Made by a program: the position numbers and the translations under genes. The notes beneath the pieces are model-generated. The model had not been told where the DNA came from. It saw only the letters and a list, made by a program, of their open reading frames with translations, and did no database searches. From positions 301,754,001 through 301,818,000 of the forward strand of contig OZ024742.1 in the NCBI GenBank assembly GCA_964016885.1: a stretch of DNA of 64,000 nt, given 5' to 3'. Positions 49,569 to 63,400 of the stretch are shown here, piece after piece. Positions within the stretch are counted from its first letter, which is position 1. The number at the start of each line of letters is the position of its first letter. The stretch is from Eledone cirrhosa. Taxonomy: Eukaryota.

Positions 49569-50259
49569 AAGTAGGAACGAGGCGTCAAAGTATCATCATT
49601 AAGTTGATTAAGGTGTGACATGCATCTTGTGATTGATCAGCTCAAGGTACAAACTCATGGAAGCTAGTTGTGGTTTGCGTTGAATGCCAAAGCAGAAAAA
49701 GTATGTTTTTTAGAATGTCTGCAGTTTACGATTATCTCAGATTTCACAATTAGATATGCTCAATTCTTTCCCTCATCCCTTTCTTATCCTTAGTCTCATT
49801 CCATTTCACTTACTTCCTTTCCTCCCTCACTCCTCTTTTCTTACTTTCTCCTGTCCTTTCCTTTCTACTATTTTCCTTCTCTTCTTTATTCTTGATCCAA
49901 CCAACCAACCAATCAAAACAAAGAACAACATAACACGTCAAGGTGTGGAGAAATGGTAATTTAAAACTGTAGGTGGATATCTCCAAGAGTCTGAGGAGCT
50001 ATTGATTCCAGAGTCGGGTTCAATTGATATGGATCGTACCTTGAGCTGATCAATCGTGACACTTCATTCCTACTCATCATCTATCTATATTTACACACAC
50101 ACACACACACATATATCTATCTATCTATCTATCTATCTATATATTTATTATAAGAACAGATTTTAGTCTTCACATTTATTATTACTATATATATATATAC
50201 ATATATATATATCACCATCATCATTTAAGATCTATTTTGAAGCAAGCCAACACACTCAC

Positions 50260-50700
50260 AATATTGCCAAGGGCACTAAACCTAATTATCAAGCAGGCCC
50301 CAGGTTGAGTCAATATTCCCTCCATTCTGGAGCCAGCTGGATTGTCCACAGTTGATGGAAAGAGACCAGATGGTCTTACCCTATGTCCTTGGGTAAGAGG
50401 TAGATGTCTCATTTGGGATGTGACAGTGACTGTTTTACTCATTTCCACACCCTGGATACTGTGGCAAAGGTGATGGTCACCAAGCCCTATAGCCAAACAG
50501 AATAAAATTCCAAAATACCAGGAATTATCAGCCCATGGTTTTCCAGATGTTTGGAGGTGCTGGACCATTGACTGTGAAGTTCTTGTCAAGGTCGGTGTCT
50601 TATTTTACTGCTGTATCAGGTGATGTCCACAAAGGTGTTTTGTTGTTCCAGCATTTTATCCTCAGCATCACCTGCTGCATTGCTGTGAGTGTTTGTTTGA
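50260..50700 (+). mobile_element. Relic of an RLE-type (CRE-like) non-LTR retrotransposon endonuclease
   Basis: Manual translation from 50312: [39 protein letters not shown], then AKQNKIPKYQEL. PD-(D/E)xK-type motif pattern. Confidence 0.75.
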
Positions 50701-51208
50701 AGTTTTAATAATCCTGGGTATTACAATTCTTAGTGAAGGCAACCTATCTAAGAAAGCAGTCACACTGAATTAAACCTGTGAGACTACAAAAGAAGTTACT
50801 AGCTATGTGTAAGCTATTATATCTAGCTTTCATTGGTCTCTAGAAGGTCTTTCACAGAGTACTACAATGTCATCTAGTGATCTTTAAAGAAACTAGGCAG
50901 AGAAGAATAGCTTGTGAAAGCAGTGTAAGCCATGTACAGAGGAGCTGTCAGTAAAGTGAGTGTAGTTAATGAATTTTGTGAGGGATTCAATGTGCTGGTT
51001 TGTGTCCACCAGGACTCAATCATCAGCTCACTCCTGTTATAGTTCTCCAAGCCATAATGAAGGAGTTTAAGATTGGCTGCTCATGGGGACTTAGTATGTT
51101 GATGACCTGGTTTTTATACACACACATATATGGGGTGTCCCCCAAACATATATATACACTTCAACAGCCAAAAAAATGCATTAAAAAAAACTCTATTATA
51201 TATGCAGG

Positions 51209-51746
51209 GGCGGTGGATTGGCAGTATCGGTAGAGGGTCGGACACCATGCTTTGATGCATAGTTACGGCCCTTGCCATTCTGAGTTCAAATCCCGTCGAG
51301 GTTAACTTTGCCTTTCATCCTTATGGGGTCGATAAAATAAAGTACCAGTAATCATCATCATCATCATTTCATTTTACGTCCGCTTTTTCCCTGCTTGCAA
51401 GGGTGGGACAGAAACTGATTCTGGCTTGATTTCTACAGCTGGATGCCCTCCCTAACACCAACCTCATTTACAGTGAGTGCTGGGTGCTTTTTTGCCATGG
51501 CACCTCCACGACCACTTTGCAGTGGAATGATATGGACCCCAGTCCTATCATTTCATTTCTACAGCTGAGTAAACTGGAGCAATGTGAAATAAAGTGTCTT
51601 GCTCAAGGAAACAACACATCACCCGGTCTGAGAATTGAACTCACAACCTTTCGATTGCAAGGCCAATGCTCTAACCACTAAGCCATGTGCCTCTAGTAAT
51701 GCACTGGGTAATTGCTGGCCTTGTGCCAAAAGTAGAAACAATTATT
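51209..51746 (+). mobile_element. SINE family A interrupted by a minus-strand SINE family B (about 51352-51693)
   Basis: AGTAAT is duplicated on both sides of the insert, and the family A halves rejoin. Confidence 0.85.
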
Positions 51747-52424
51747 TAAATTATGTAAACATTTATGTGTGTTTACATACAATTTAATTATGTCTGTAGA
51801 TCATTTTATTTTTGGCAAAGGCTGTGAATACTAATAAATATTGTCTGTACAGGTAATCTAAGTGTGTATACATTTTTGGGGGGACACTCTGTATATATCC
51901 TAGACAGTTTACATTTTAATTTTACTGTGTTACAAGGATTTCAACTCCTTTGCTGTTAGTCTGTTTTACTAAGTCACTGATTTTTGGTTCATATTGAACT
52001 CTAACCTCTGCTATTATAACTTTCAGTACTTGAAATATTCTATATTGATTATTGATCTTTTGATACATTTATCAATATCAACAGTTGAAATATTCTATAT
52101 TGATTATAATCAATAATTTTTGATTCCTTGATACTTCTATCAATATCAACAGTTGAAATATTCTATATTGATTATAATCAATAATTATTGATCTCTTGAT
52201 GCTTCTATCAATATAAACATTCTGAAAATATAGCAACAGTTTGTGAAATAAACATTTTAAAATCAAGCAAGAGATTAGAACAATATTTTGTCAGCAATGA
52301 CAGTGCAAAAAAAATGTTTCTGTATTTATTTTACTAACCAGGATGGTATTCTTTACTAGAGGACTTGTGTGGTTGAGTAATGAGATGTTGCTTAGGGGTT
52401 CATGTGTTTGGTTTATATATATAA

Positions 52425-52616
52425 TAATTGTTTCTACTTTTGGCACAGGGCCAGAAATTATTCTAGTGCATAATTGATGCTTTATTTTATTGACTTTGTA
52501 AGGATGTAACCTTGGCGAGTTAACCTTGGCAGGGTTTGAACTCAGACCGTAAAGGGCCGTAACTCTATGCTGCAAAGCATGGTGTCTGACGCTCTACTGA
52601 TTCTGCCAGTCCACCA
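52425..52616 (-). mobile_element. SINE family A
   Basis: Reverse complement of the family A consensus. Confidence 0.78.
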
Positions 52617-54767
52617 CATTTATATATAATAATAACAGTTTATTGACAAGATCCCACACCTCATTCACTTAACGAGTGGGTGGGGCTCATCAAAACAGAC
52701 CCAGGAAACAATGTTTCCATAAGTCTTTCCAATTGCTAATACTATCTATCGGTCGCAGATCTAGGCAGAAGGAGAAATGTGAAATAAAGTGTCTTGCTCA
52801 AGGACATAACGCATCACTTGATCTGGGAATTGAATTCCCAACCTCTCGATTGCGAATCCAATTCTCTAACCACTCAGCCACATGCCTTCACTGCATGTTA
52901 GATGCCCAGAGATGTGTTGTGTCCCTGATCAAGACACTTTTATTTCACATGACTTCAGTAATGAGTTGGCAAAAATGAGTTGTAAGGTAAATTCAACAAG
53001 TCAGTCTTGTCAGACACTGTGTCATGCTGAATTACCTAGAACATTGTGTTACAGATACACATGTCTAGAAGGCTCAGCCACTTACACATTAATTTCCTGA
53101 GCAAGCTGTTCCATTAATCAATGGATTAAGTATATTGACACCAGTTACAGTATATAAACAAATCCTTTAGCTAATAGTTTCATCCTCTTTCAACTTGCTC
53201 TAAATGTAAATAATGTGAGAAGACAGGGAACTCCCCCTCACCAACACACACACAATGTGCTCTCCGTTACATGTCACATCTCTGATTCACCTTGCTGTGC
53301 CAACATGAAAAGCCAGATGCCACTTCTACGAACATCCCCCAACAAGCAACATATAGCTTCCCCTCCCTCCTCATTCCTATCATTGCTTTCCCCAGTCAAG
53401 CTAAGGGCATAGTGAGTGTCCTAGAGTTGTTAAGGAGTAGTGCTGGTTCCGGTGGGGGGAAATTATACCCAGCCTACTCTGTATAGTGGTCATGCTAGTA
53501 TCATGATAAATCACACTCAGCCCACTCTGTAAAGTTAGAGTGCAGGTATCGTGATGAAACACACATAAACCACTGAGTAGTGTTAGTGCCATAATAAAAC
53601 ACACCCAGTACACTCTGTGAGGTGGTAGTGTTGGTGTTACAATAATGCTCCCCGTACACACTGTAAATTGGTTGGCATTAGGAAAGGTATTCAGCTGTAG
53701 AATCCAAGCCATAAACCGAATGTATGAGCAAGATGTGATCATCCAACCGGTCTAGTCTCAGAATGTGACAACCTATATAACCAATAGACACATGGAAAAT
53801 AGACATTAAACTGTGACGAAGATATTGTAGATATTTTGTATCTATTCACAGCTAGATAGTCTGAGTCAGGGAAAGTTAAGTGGCCATGGATACAGTACAA
53901 TACTGATGACAGTATGTGTTGCTCTCCACACTTTGGTTGACCTGAAAACCAGGAACCCTGTCAAAGTAACCATCTGTGACAACTTGATATTATGAAAGAT
54001 TTTATTTTAATAGAATGCATACAAATAAACACAATTTCTATATAAATAAGTGGGAGAAAACATACACACTCAATTATATGCCATAATAAGGGACAATGGA
54101 GTTTCCTGCTAATAATTTTTGGGAGCAGCCAACACACTCACAACATCATCATGGATAATAGTGAGGCTAAGATATTGGCATAACCAAATAGCTTCATCAG
54201 CCTCACCTGATATATTGGTAATGCCAGGTGATAACAAGGCTAAGACTCAGGAACAGCCAAGCAAGCATCACCTGATTTGTTGATAAGGCCTGGTGATAGC
54301 AAGGCTAAGATGCTGGAACAACCTTGCACCCTCACCAGGAGCCAGACCTATCATTTCCCCCCATCCGATGGGGAGATCTCCCACGCACTCTGGGGTGGGT
54401 GAGAGATGTCTTCTCTTGTGAAAATTGGTATAGCTTTCATTATGTAAAATCTTCCCATTTTACCTCAATTCTCCTCGTTTTGGGGCCATTTTTTTCATGG
54501 CACTCTCCATTTCAGTTTTTAGAGGTTGGCAGGTCTGAGGAGCATCACCCGACATCACTGTCTAATTACCAATTCTCCTCAAACATGTAGAACAACATGA
54601 CTAATTTATGTTCTGGAGTCAACAGTGATGGATCTGACTCAGATATTTTCTCTGCACTTAACAAACATCTTAGCATTTACTTCTCTTCATTTTCTTCTTA
54701 CCACTAAGTTCAGAACTTAATTCTTTTGCCAACATTTTTCATGTTCATTCTCATGTAAACATATAAA

Positions 54768-54771
<4 letters not shown>

Positions 54772-54825
<54 letters not shown>

Positions 54826-54899
54826 ATGATGATATATATATATATATATATATAAAATGATGATGATATATATATATATATATATATAAAATGATGATG

Positions 54900-54931
<32 letters not shown>

Positions 54932-54937
54932 ATGATG

Positions 54938-54968
<31 letters not shown>

Positions 54969-54977
54969 ATGATGATG

Positions 54978-55008
<31 letters not shown>

Positions 55009-55043
55009 ATGATGATGATGTATATATATATATATATATATAA
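54772..55043. repeat. Compound repeat [(TA)n AAATGATGATGA] x about 6
   Basis: Direct reading. Confidence 0.9.
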
Positions 55044-55228
55044 TAAATTTAATATAGAAATGGCTTCTACAGGACTAGAACTGTTTCATTCGAAGGAAAT
55101 CAACAGGGGAAACAGTTCTAGTCCTGTAGAAGCCATTTCTATATTAAATTTGTTGTATACACTCTATTGAGTACCTTACTTATTGTAGTTACCCCCGATT
55201 GAACCCAGGACTCACACGCACATATATT

Positions 55229-55558
55229 ATCATCATCATCATTTCATTTTACGTCCGATTTTCCCTGCTTGGGACGGGAACTGATTCTGGCTTGATTTCT
55301 ACAGCTGGATACCCTTCCTAACACCAACCTCATTTACAGTGAGTGCTGGGTGCTTTTTTTCTGTCCACTTTACACGTCCACTTTACAGCTGTAGAAATGA
55401 GATGATAGGGACTGGGGTCCCTATCATCTCATTTCTAAACTGGAGCAATGTGAAATAAAGTGTCTTGCTCAGGGAAACAACACATCACCGGGTGTGAGAA
55501 TTGAACTCACAACCTTTCGATTGCAAGGCCAATGCTCTAACCACTAAGCCATGTGCCT

Positions 55559-55560
<2 letters not shown>
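55229..55560 (-). mobile_element. SINE family B with internal rearrangement
   Basis: Matches the reverse complement of 41903-42240, with a short inverted segment near 55385-55440. Confidence 0.75.
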
Positions 55561-55620
<60 letters not shown>

Positions 55621-55785
55621 TGTAAATGTGGTTGGTGTTAGGAAGGGCATCCACCCGTAGAAAACCTGCCAGATAGTTCTATACAAGCGAGACACAGTCA
55701 CCCGACTCAAGTGGGACAACTCCCGTCTAACCCATGCTAGCGTGGAAGATAGACGTTAAATGATGATGATGATTATATATATATA

Positions 55786-56330
55786 CTAGCAGTAAAGCCC
55801 GGCGTTGCTCGGGGTCGCTCAGTAGCTGTGTTAAAGTTACAATGTTAAGTTTCTTTTTTGGCTTAAAGTCTGTCTGCACGACTGTCTGTCTGCACGCCTA
55901 ACGAAATTTATAGACTTGTTTTCAAGTAAAAATATTGTTTTAAAAGGCTTTTAAATGGAAATGAAGCAAAACGGAAGCTTAGTGTTCGAACTGATGAATT
56001 TTGCAGGTCAAAATTTTGCTGGCTCGACAACTGTTCGTGTATTGTGTTAATGTCATTTTAAACGCTGAGAAAGCCAGCGTAATTTTTTTAAGACGCTCAA
56101 TGTAAACAGAACAAAGGGAAATAACTCGTCACTTACGCTCAAAAATCGATACATTAGATTCGATTTCGTCACATAGGGTGGGTCAATTTGAAATATTTTT
56201 TTCCGATGTCTTCGCTAGGGCTCAATGTACAAGTATAGCAATTTCGGTGCAATTCCGTCAGAGATTCTAAGAGGAGATGTGTGCCAAAAATCGATAGACA
56301 GACAGACAACCACAGCTTTATATATATAGA
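55786..56330 (-). mobile_element. Non-autonomous Helitron
   Basis: Minus strand: A|TCTATATATATAAAGC..GTCTGTCTGTC ... GCAACGCCGGGC...CTGCTAG|T. Confidence 0.78.
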
Positions 56331-56743
56331 TATCATTTTCTCATTTTCCACTCTTTACGTTGCCTCACCATTCTTGTTTGTTTACATGTCTCTCTTTCTC
56401 CACCCAATTCTTTTTATCCCAATAAATTATTTTCGTTATTGTTCGCGCTGGCCTGAGGTATGTGATCTTTAATGCGAAGAAATACCTATGATGGCCAGAA
56501 GATCACTGATGATGGATAGTCCTGGCTTCTAGCCCTATTTTTTAATTCATATATATATATATACATATAGATATGTCTACCAAAATATACGGTAGTGTCC
56601 AATCCGTATGAAGAACTTAATGTAATCCAAATATAGAAGATATCATGAAAAGAGAAGATACGTTAAAAAATTTACGATAAAAATCATAGGAACACAGAGT
56701 CAAGATATATTAATAAAAACAATGAAATAAACACAAAGAACAG

Positions 56744-57022
56744 GTTCTTTATATTAAAAAGTTCATCATTTTACGATCATTTCTGGGATGTATATGTGTG
56801 TTGGTATGTATATCATATAGATCTATGTAAAAATATTACAAATTATCAGAGGAAATATACATACCTTCACATATACTTGAGGACGGCATGTATATGTGAA
56901 GGTATGTATATTTCCTCTGATAATTTGTAATATTTTTACATAGATCTATATGATATACATACCAACACACATATACATCCCAGAAACGATCGTAAAATGA
57001 TGAACTTTTTAATATAAAGAAC
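56744..57022. repeat. Fold-back inverted repeat, 133-bp arms, 13-nt loop
   Basis: Arms 56744-56876 and 56890-57022 are reverse complements, with one mismatch noticed. Confidence 0.93.
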
Positions 57023-57349
57023 ATATGTTTAACTTTGGTTCAGCCCTGTTCAAGCAGACCTATGATCAAAGGTGTTCTAGTTTTGTTGTTGTTTAACCCT
57101 AGGTCAGCCCTGATCAAACAGGCCATCTGTTGTTTTTTTATTAGTAACATTTGAGAACATTGATCAAATCAAATGAAGTACTCAACAAAAGAACACCTTT
57201 CTGACATTATTCTGGAATATTCTGGGAGTTTAAATTAGATGAATTAACCCTTTGATTACCATATTTCTAATAAAATACACTGCATATGTGTTTCAAATTT
57301 TTTTGAAAATAACCAAAAATTTTGATGTATTTAGTAAAATAACTTACTT

Positions 57350-57680
57350 TACTCGATAAAGTGCGAAGATCAGAGAGTCACTCCAGGTAGAGCTACTATT
57401 TCTCCAAATTGAGAGATCACAGCTCCAATACTATGTGCATGTGGTTAGAATGTCTCAGGAAAGAATTGTTGGACAGATTTTACGGGCAAAACCAACTGGC
57501 AAGAGACCCAGGAGTAAACTCTGAGCAAGATGGTTGGATAACATCCATTAGCTTGGCTGGTCACACTTGGGGATCCAGCCAGATCAGTTGGAGATGGTTG
57601 CTTCTGACAGGATCTGTTGGAAGGCGTGTTTGAGGACTGCCTCTACGACCCTCTCAGGAATAAGTGGGCAAAGAAGAACT
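57350..57680 (+). mobile_element. RTE-clade 3' fragment
   Basis: Reverse-complement homologue of 32170-32520. Confidence 0.75.
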
Positions 57681-57957
57681 AACTTTACTATTATTAAACT
57701 TGTCTGGGGAACATAACTAAAAATTCTTATATAAAAATTATGAAGGAAGGTTTAAATGCAATATAGACAATTTAAAATGAGAGGTTTAAACTGTGATAGA
57801 ATGATGGGCAGTTTCAGATATGTTTGTATTGAAAGGGTTAATTAAATACCATTAAATCTCTGGGATTATTTCACAATTCATTTGTATGTGTGTGACTAAA
57901 TTCAAGATAATCATACAGTGGAAAGAAACTGGTGTCATATCTAAGAGACTATTAATA

Positions 57958-58063
57958 TACAGGGTGTTGCCAAAAAATGTATACACACTTCAACAGTATT
58001 CTAATAAATATTGCCTGTCCAGGTAATCAAAGTGTATATACAATTTTGGGGGACACCCTGTAT
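57958..58063. mobile_element. Tc1/mariner-like MITE
   Basis: TA-CAGGGTGT ... ACACCCTG-TA termini. Confidence 0.7.
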
Positions 58064-58065
58064 TT

Positions 58066-58123
<58 letters not shown>

Positions 58124-58951
58124 GTATGTGTGTAACAAAGTTGTTTAGCCTCAAGTCAGTACAGAGACATTCCGGCCGTGACCATCTCACCTTTTTATAT
58201 ATTTAGTACTACATTGTTCAAAGTGTTTTCCCTTTTTAAAGATAGTAGAATGCAACTGAAAGGAATTCGGCTGCTATTTTTAGCTTGTTCTTGTCTCAGA
58301 CTCTTGTATGTTTATTATACATAAATATATACAACAGCAACAACACCATTGTCTGTGTTGAATGTGTGTGTATGTATATATATATATATATGCGTATGTA
58401 TATGTATATATCACACACGCGAAGCGACCAAATTTCAAAATTTCAACCCAGCGACTACAACAGCAACAACAACAACAACGACAGCAACACCACCATTGTC
58501 TGCAGCATCAGTGAAATGAACAACAACAACAAAAACGACAACGACAACCACAACTGCCATCACCATCCATCACCATCACTGACACTATCCACCACCACCA
58601 CCATCACTGACAACATCCACCACCACCATCACCAGCGATCAGGCCTTAAGAAGAAGAAAACAACTATAATAATAGTAATAACTATTCTGTTCTTGGCACA
58701 GGGCAGCGCATTGCTGGTGCCTTGTTTTTGGGCCCAGAGAGTGGAGGGCCGCTGCTCTATGCTGTAAAGCAAACAATTATTATTATTATAAAAATACTGA
58801 ACTGTAAAAGTCAACAGTTGACATGATCTTGTATCAGTACTGACGGTAGTATGTGTGTTTGTATGCATGAGTGTTGATGTGTGAGTGGCGTGTGTGTTTG
58901 TATGCATGTGTGCCGTGAGTGTCAATAAGTGGTGTGTTTTTTTTGTTATGA

Positions 58952-61900
58952 CCATGCTGTAAAATGGAGGGGTAGAGAGGGCCCATGAGTCCAGTAAGAC
59001 ATCCTCTCTAGTGCTGGTGGCACGAATAAAAGCACCCAGTCCATGCTGTAAAGTGGTACTGGTGTTGGGAAGGGCATCCAACCAGTGTATCAATGCCAAA
59101 ACAATTATGAGCACAGCAACAAATATATAGGAACAACAAAAATGTAAAGATGTCGCATCTCAGAGTTGCAACACTTAATGTTGGCACTCTCACACGTAGA
59201 TCTGGTGAAATAGCGGAGATGCTGGAGTGAAGGCATGTGGATGTGTGCTGCGTGCAAGAGGTGAGATGGAGAGGTGCCTCTGCGAGACTAGTCGCAGGCA
59301 AACATCTTAGCTATAAGCTTTTCTGGGTAGGTAAGGATGTTGGGTTAGGGGGAGTAGGCATTTTCCTGGCTGAGAGATGGATCAATAAGATAATAGAGGT
59401 AGTTTGAGTTAATAATCGAATAATTAAGCTTAGATTAGTTGTAGGCAGGAGACTACTGACAATCATCTCTGCTTATGCTCCCCAGGCAGGCCTAGGTAAA
59501 GAAAAGAAAGACTGCTTTTATGAGCAACTTTTACAAACAGCTGCAATGACAGAGGACGGAGACATCGTTATGCTAGCAGGGAACTTCAATGGTCATGTTG
59601 GACAGCTCCAGGATGGTTACACTGGGGTACATGGTAGGCACGGTTACGGCTCAAGAAATGAAGGAGTGAGATTTCTTGAATTTTGTGATGCAAGTACACT
59701 GACTATTTGCAACACTAACTTCCAGAAACCTGCCAACCACCTAATAACCTACAAATCAGGCGAGCACATAAGCCAGATTGACTTGTTACTAGTTAGGCAG
59801 TGGGACAGGCAGATGGTGTCAAATACCAAGGCATACCCTGGGGAAGAATGTACTCCACAGCATAGGTTAGTCGTTAGTGATATCTCAGTAAGCAAGAGAT
59901 GGAATGAGACATACAGGAATGTGTGGCGAAGAAAGGTCTGCAAGCTAAAAGACCTTTCACTAAAATACAAATTTAGGAAAGCCCTTCAAGATGTGTATGA
60001 CGAAAAAGAAGACGATTTAGAGTCATAGACTTAGATAATACAGGAATTTCTTACGTGACAACATACTACAGGCTACTGAAGAAACTTGTGGCTGGCTCCA
60101 ACCAGACAGAGAGTGACCTGGTGGTGGAACAGCACAGTAGATGAGGCCATTAGAAACAAAAGGCTACCATGGAAGGCTTGGAAAAATGGTGGGAGTAGAG
60201 AAGGATATACAGTCTCTAAGAGAGAAGCTAGACGTCAGGTGTACTTAGCACACAGGGAGGCGGAGAGTAGGAGGTTTGCCAATGTTCTGCGACGGGAAGA
60301 TCAGAGGCGTGCAGTGTTCCACATTGCAAGGCAGTGTGTCAGTGCACATCAGGATGTTGTTGGAGATAAATGTGTCCGGAATGATGCCAGTGTACTTAGT
60401 GTCACGAATGATCAGAAAAAGGAGGCCTGGAAATGTCATTATTAGAGACTGATGAATGTGGAGAACGAATGGGAGAGAAATTACCCTTAATAGATCCAAC
60501 AGAGGGACCAGCTATTGAGATTGACAAATATAGGGTCCAAGAGGTGATTAAGGAAATGAAAAATGGTAAGGCTGCTGGATCGTCGGGGATAGTTGCTGAG
60601 ATGCTGAAGGCATCAGGGGACGTAGGCACTAAACTGGTTGCACGCATCATCAATCAGGCTATATATGGTGGTGTCATACCCAAAGACTGGTGCAGTAGTA
60701 TTCTCATAAATTGCTACAAAGGTAAAGGGGATGCTCTGGAGAGGAGCAATTATAGGGGTGTAAAACTGGGGGATCAGGTTATGAAAGTAGCAGAAAGGAT
60801 ATTAGCACAACTAATTAGAGAAAGGGTCAAACCAGATGAGATGCAGTTTGGTTTTGTGCCTGGGAAAAGTACAACAGATGCCCTCTTCTTGGTGAGACAA
60901 TTACAACAGAGGTTCTTACAGAAGAATAAGTCACTATACTTAGCCTTTGTTGACCTAGAGAAGGCCTTTGATAGGGTACCCCAATCTGTCATCTGGTGGT
61001 CCCTAAAGAAAATAGGTGTTGAAGAATGGCTTGTGAGTGAGGACAGTGCAAACTTTGTACAGAGGTACTGTCAGTAAAGTCAGGGTAGGAATGGAGTTTA
61101 GTGAGGAATTCCAGATACAAGTAGGAGTACATCAAGGTTCGGTCCTCAGCCCGCTCTTGCTCATTATAGTCCTCCAAGCCATAACAGAGGAGTTTAAGAC
61201 TGGCTGTCCATGGGAACTTCTCTATGCTGACGATCTGGTTCTTATAGCAGAATCAGTAGAGGAGCTAGAGAATAAATTCTGGCTATGGAAACAGCAGTTG
61301 GAAGCAAGAGGACTGAGAGTGAACCTAGCTAAGACAAAAGTGTTGATGAGTAGAAAAGAGGACAAAACTCTGATTCCGTCAGGGAAATGGCCATGTTCGA
61401 TATGCAGAAAAGGAACTGGCATAAATTCTATAAAATGCACACAATGCAGATCTTGGGTACACAAGAGATGTAGTGGGATAGCAAGCAAACTAACAGGTAG
61501 GGAGAAATACGTATGCAGTAGATGTACAGGGAAATTAGACAGTGGAAGTCGCATTGATAGACACATTTTTCAAATGCAGGTGCGCGCTATAGAAGTGGTT
61601 GATAGCTTTCGGTACCTAGGAGATCAGATTAGCATGGCAGGGGGGTGTTCTGAGGCCATAGTATCTAGAATAAGGATGGGTTGGAAGACGTTTAGGGAAC
61701 TGCTTCCTCTGCTGACGAAGAAGGGTTTCTCCCTGCGTATGAAAGGCCGGTTATATGATGCTTGTGTGAGGAGTGTGATGCTGCATGGTAGTGAGACTTG
61801 GGCAGCAACTGCAGAGGATTTGCGACGGCTGGAGAGAAATGAGGCAAGCATGCTCCGTTGGATGTGCAATGTCAATGTGTGTGAACGACCCAGCATGGAT

Positions 61901-62219
61901 GTGTTGAGAGAGAAACTGTGTCTGAGAGAGATAGAATGTACTGTGTGAGAGAGGAGACTGCGGTGGTATGGACATGTGATGCGCATGGAGAATGACTGAT
62001 GGGTGAAGAAGTGCCAGGAAATGCTCGTTGAAGGAAGACATGGTAGAAGTAGACCACGAAAAACATGTGCGGATGTGGTGAGAACAGACCTCAGATCGCT
62101 GAAGCTCACGGTGGAGATGACGAAGGACCGTGACAAATGGAGAAATGCTGTGCTGAATAAGACCCATCGAACCCTTGCAAGCAGGGAAAAGCAGACGTAA
62201 AATGGTGATGATGATGATA
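58952..62219 (+). mobile_element. Near full-length RTE LINE, multiple stops and frameshifts
   Basis: ORFs 59546..62200, same family as 36131-39229, (TGA)n tail. Confidence 0.96.
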
Positions 62220-63179
62220 TTGAATATGCCTTCATATACTCCTCTATTAGGAACCATGTTATGTTCACGCTACTGCTAATTAATCCTAGCCAGTCAAGCC
62301 CACATTGTATGCAAATGAGCATATTCAGCTTGTTTCATATGCAAAATGTATACTGTATCAAGTGAGTAAACATTAATGATGGATAAACATCCAGAAATAT
62401 GTATCTGCCATTCTCACACAGTAACTAAGATAACTGTGACCGGAAAACAACTCGACTCTTGTATGGTTATTATACATAAACATATAATATATGCTTTCAT
62501 ATACACCTCAATTATGAATCATGTTATGTTAGTACTACTACTAACTTGTCCTTAAAGTTAACTGATGAAATAAAGACATGTTTCAGTCTTATTAGGTCTC
62601 CTCAGTGAAACTATGTTTAGGAATTTGCTCTTGCCAAGCAGGCTTTTTATGAAGATGATTTTGTTTTTTAACTTTTTCAATACATAATGACTTTACAGTG
62701 TTTACTGGGAGCATGGATTCTGTGGTTGAATGGCCTTCCTAACACCAACCACTTTACAGCATGTACTTGAAGCATGGTCTCTATGTCCTACTAGATCTGT
62801 TGGAGTAGAATGTTTGGCTCTAGGTGGATGTCCTACTGGATCTGTTGGGGTACATCGTTTGGCCCTAGCTGGATGTTCTTCTATTGGACTATCTCATTTC
62901 ATTCCTTTTCTGTATTGCTGTCTTTCCTTGTCTCTCAAACCCCCACCCCACTGATTTTGTAATTTGTTCTATCATTATTATATTTTTTAATTTTCACTTC
63001 AGTCTTACATGTTTTATTTTGTTGGTATTAAGTGGCTTATATTTCTTTTTTTCACACGAGAAACAGGTTTTTAATTTACTCGTGTCCTATTATCTCTATG
63101 TTGAGAACAGGTGAAACTTTTTGTGTAAGTTGCTTTCCATATTTTTTTATATTTAACATCAAAATGTGAGAATGTTTAA

Positions 63180-63400
63180 CCCATTAGCATTTACATTACT
63201 CTATATATACTATTGTATTTTTGTGGTAACGGCTTTATCTTACATAATTATCTCACATAATGTCGAATCTACAAGATTTTGATGCCATTTATTTCGAGAA
63301 CAATACCTTAATGTCAGTATGAGTGGCCGGTTACAGCTGGTTTGAACAGAAAGAGGTGAGAGAATTCTGGCCGGATACAGTCAGTTTAAATGCTAAAGGG
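63180..63400 (-). mobile_element. piggyBac-like MITE with TTAA on both sides
   Basis: TTAA-CCCATTAGCATTTA ... TAAATGCTAAAGGG-TTAA. Confidence 0.85.

Noticed and set aside
54324-54590. Possible second exon of the CABIT-like gene
   Set aside because: No recognisable continuation motif and no convincing donor.
58285-58767. 160-aa Asn/His/Thr-rich ORF
   Set aside because: Built from CAA/CAC and TA microsatellites.
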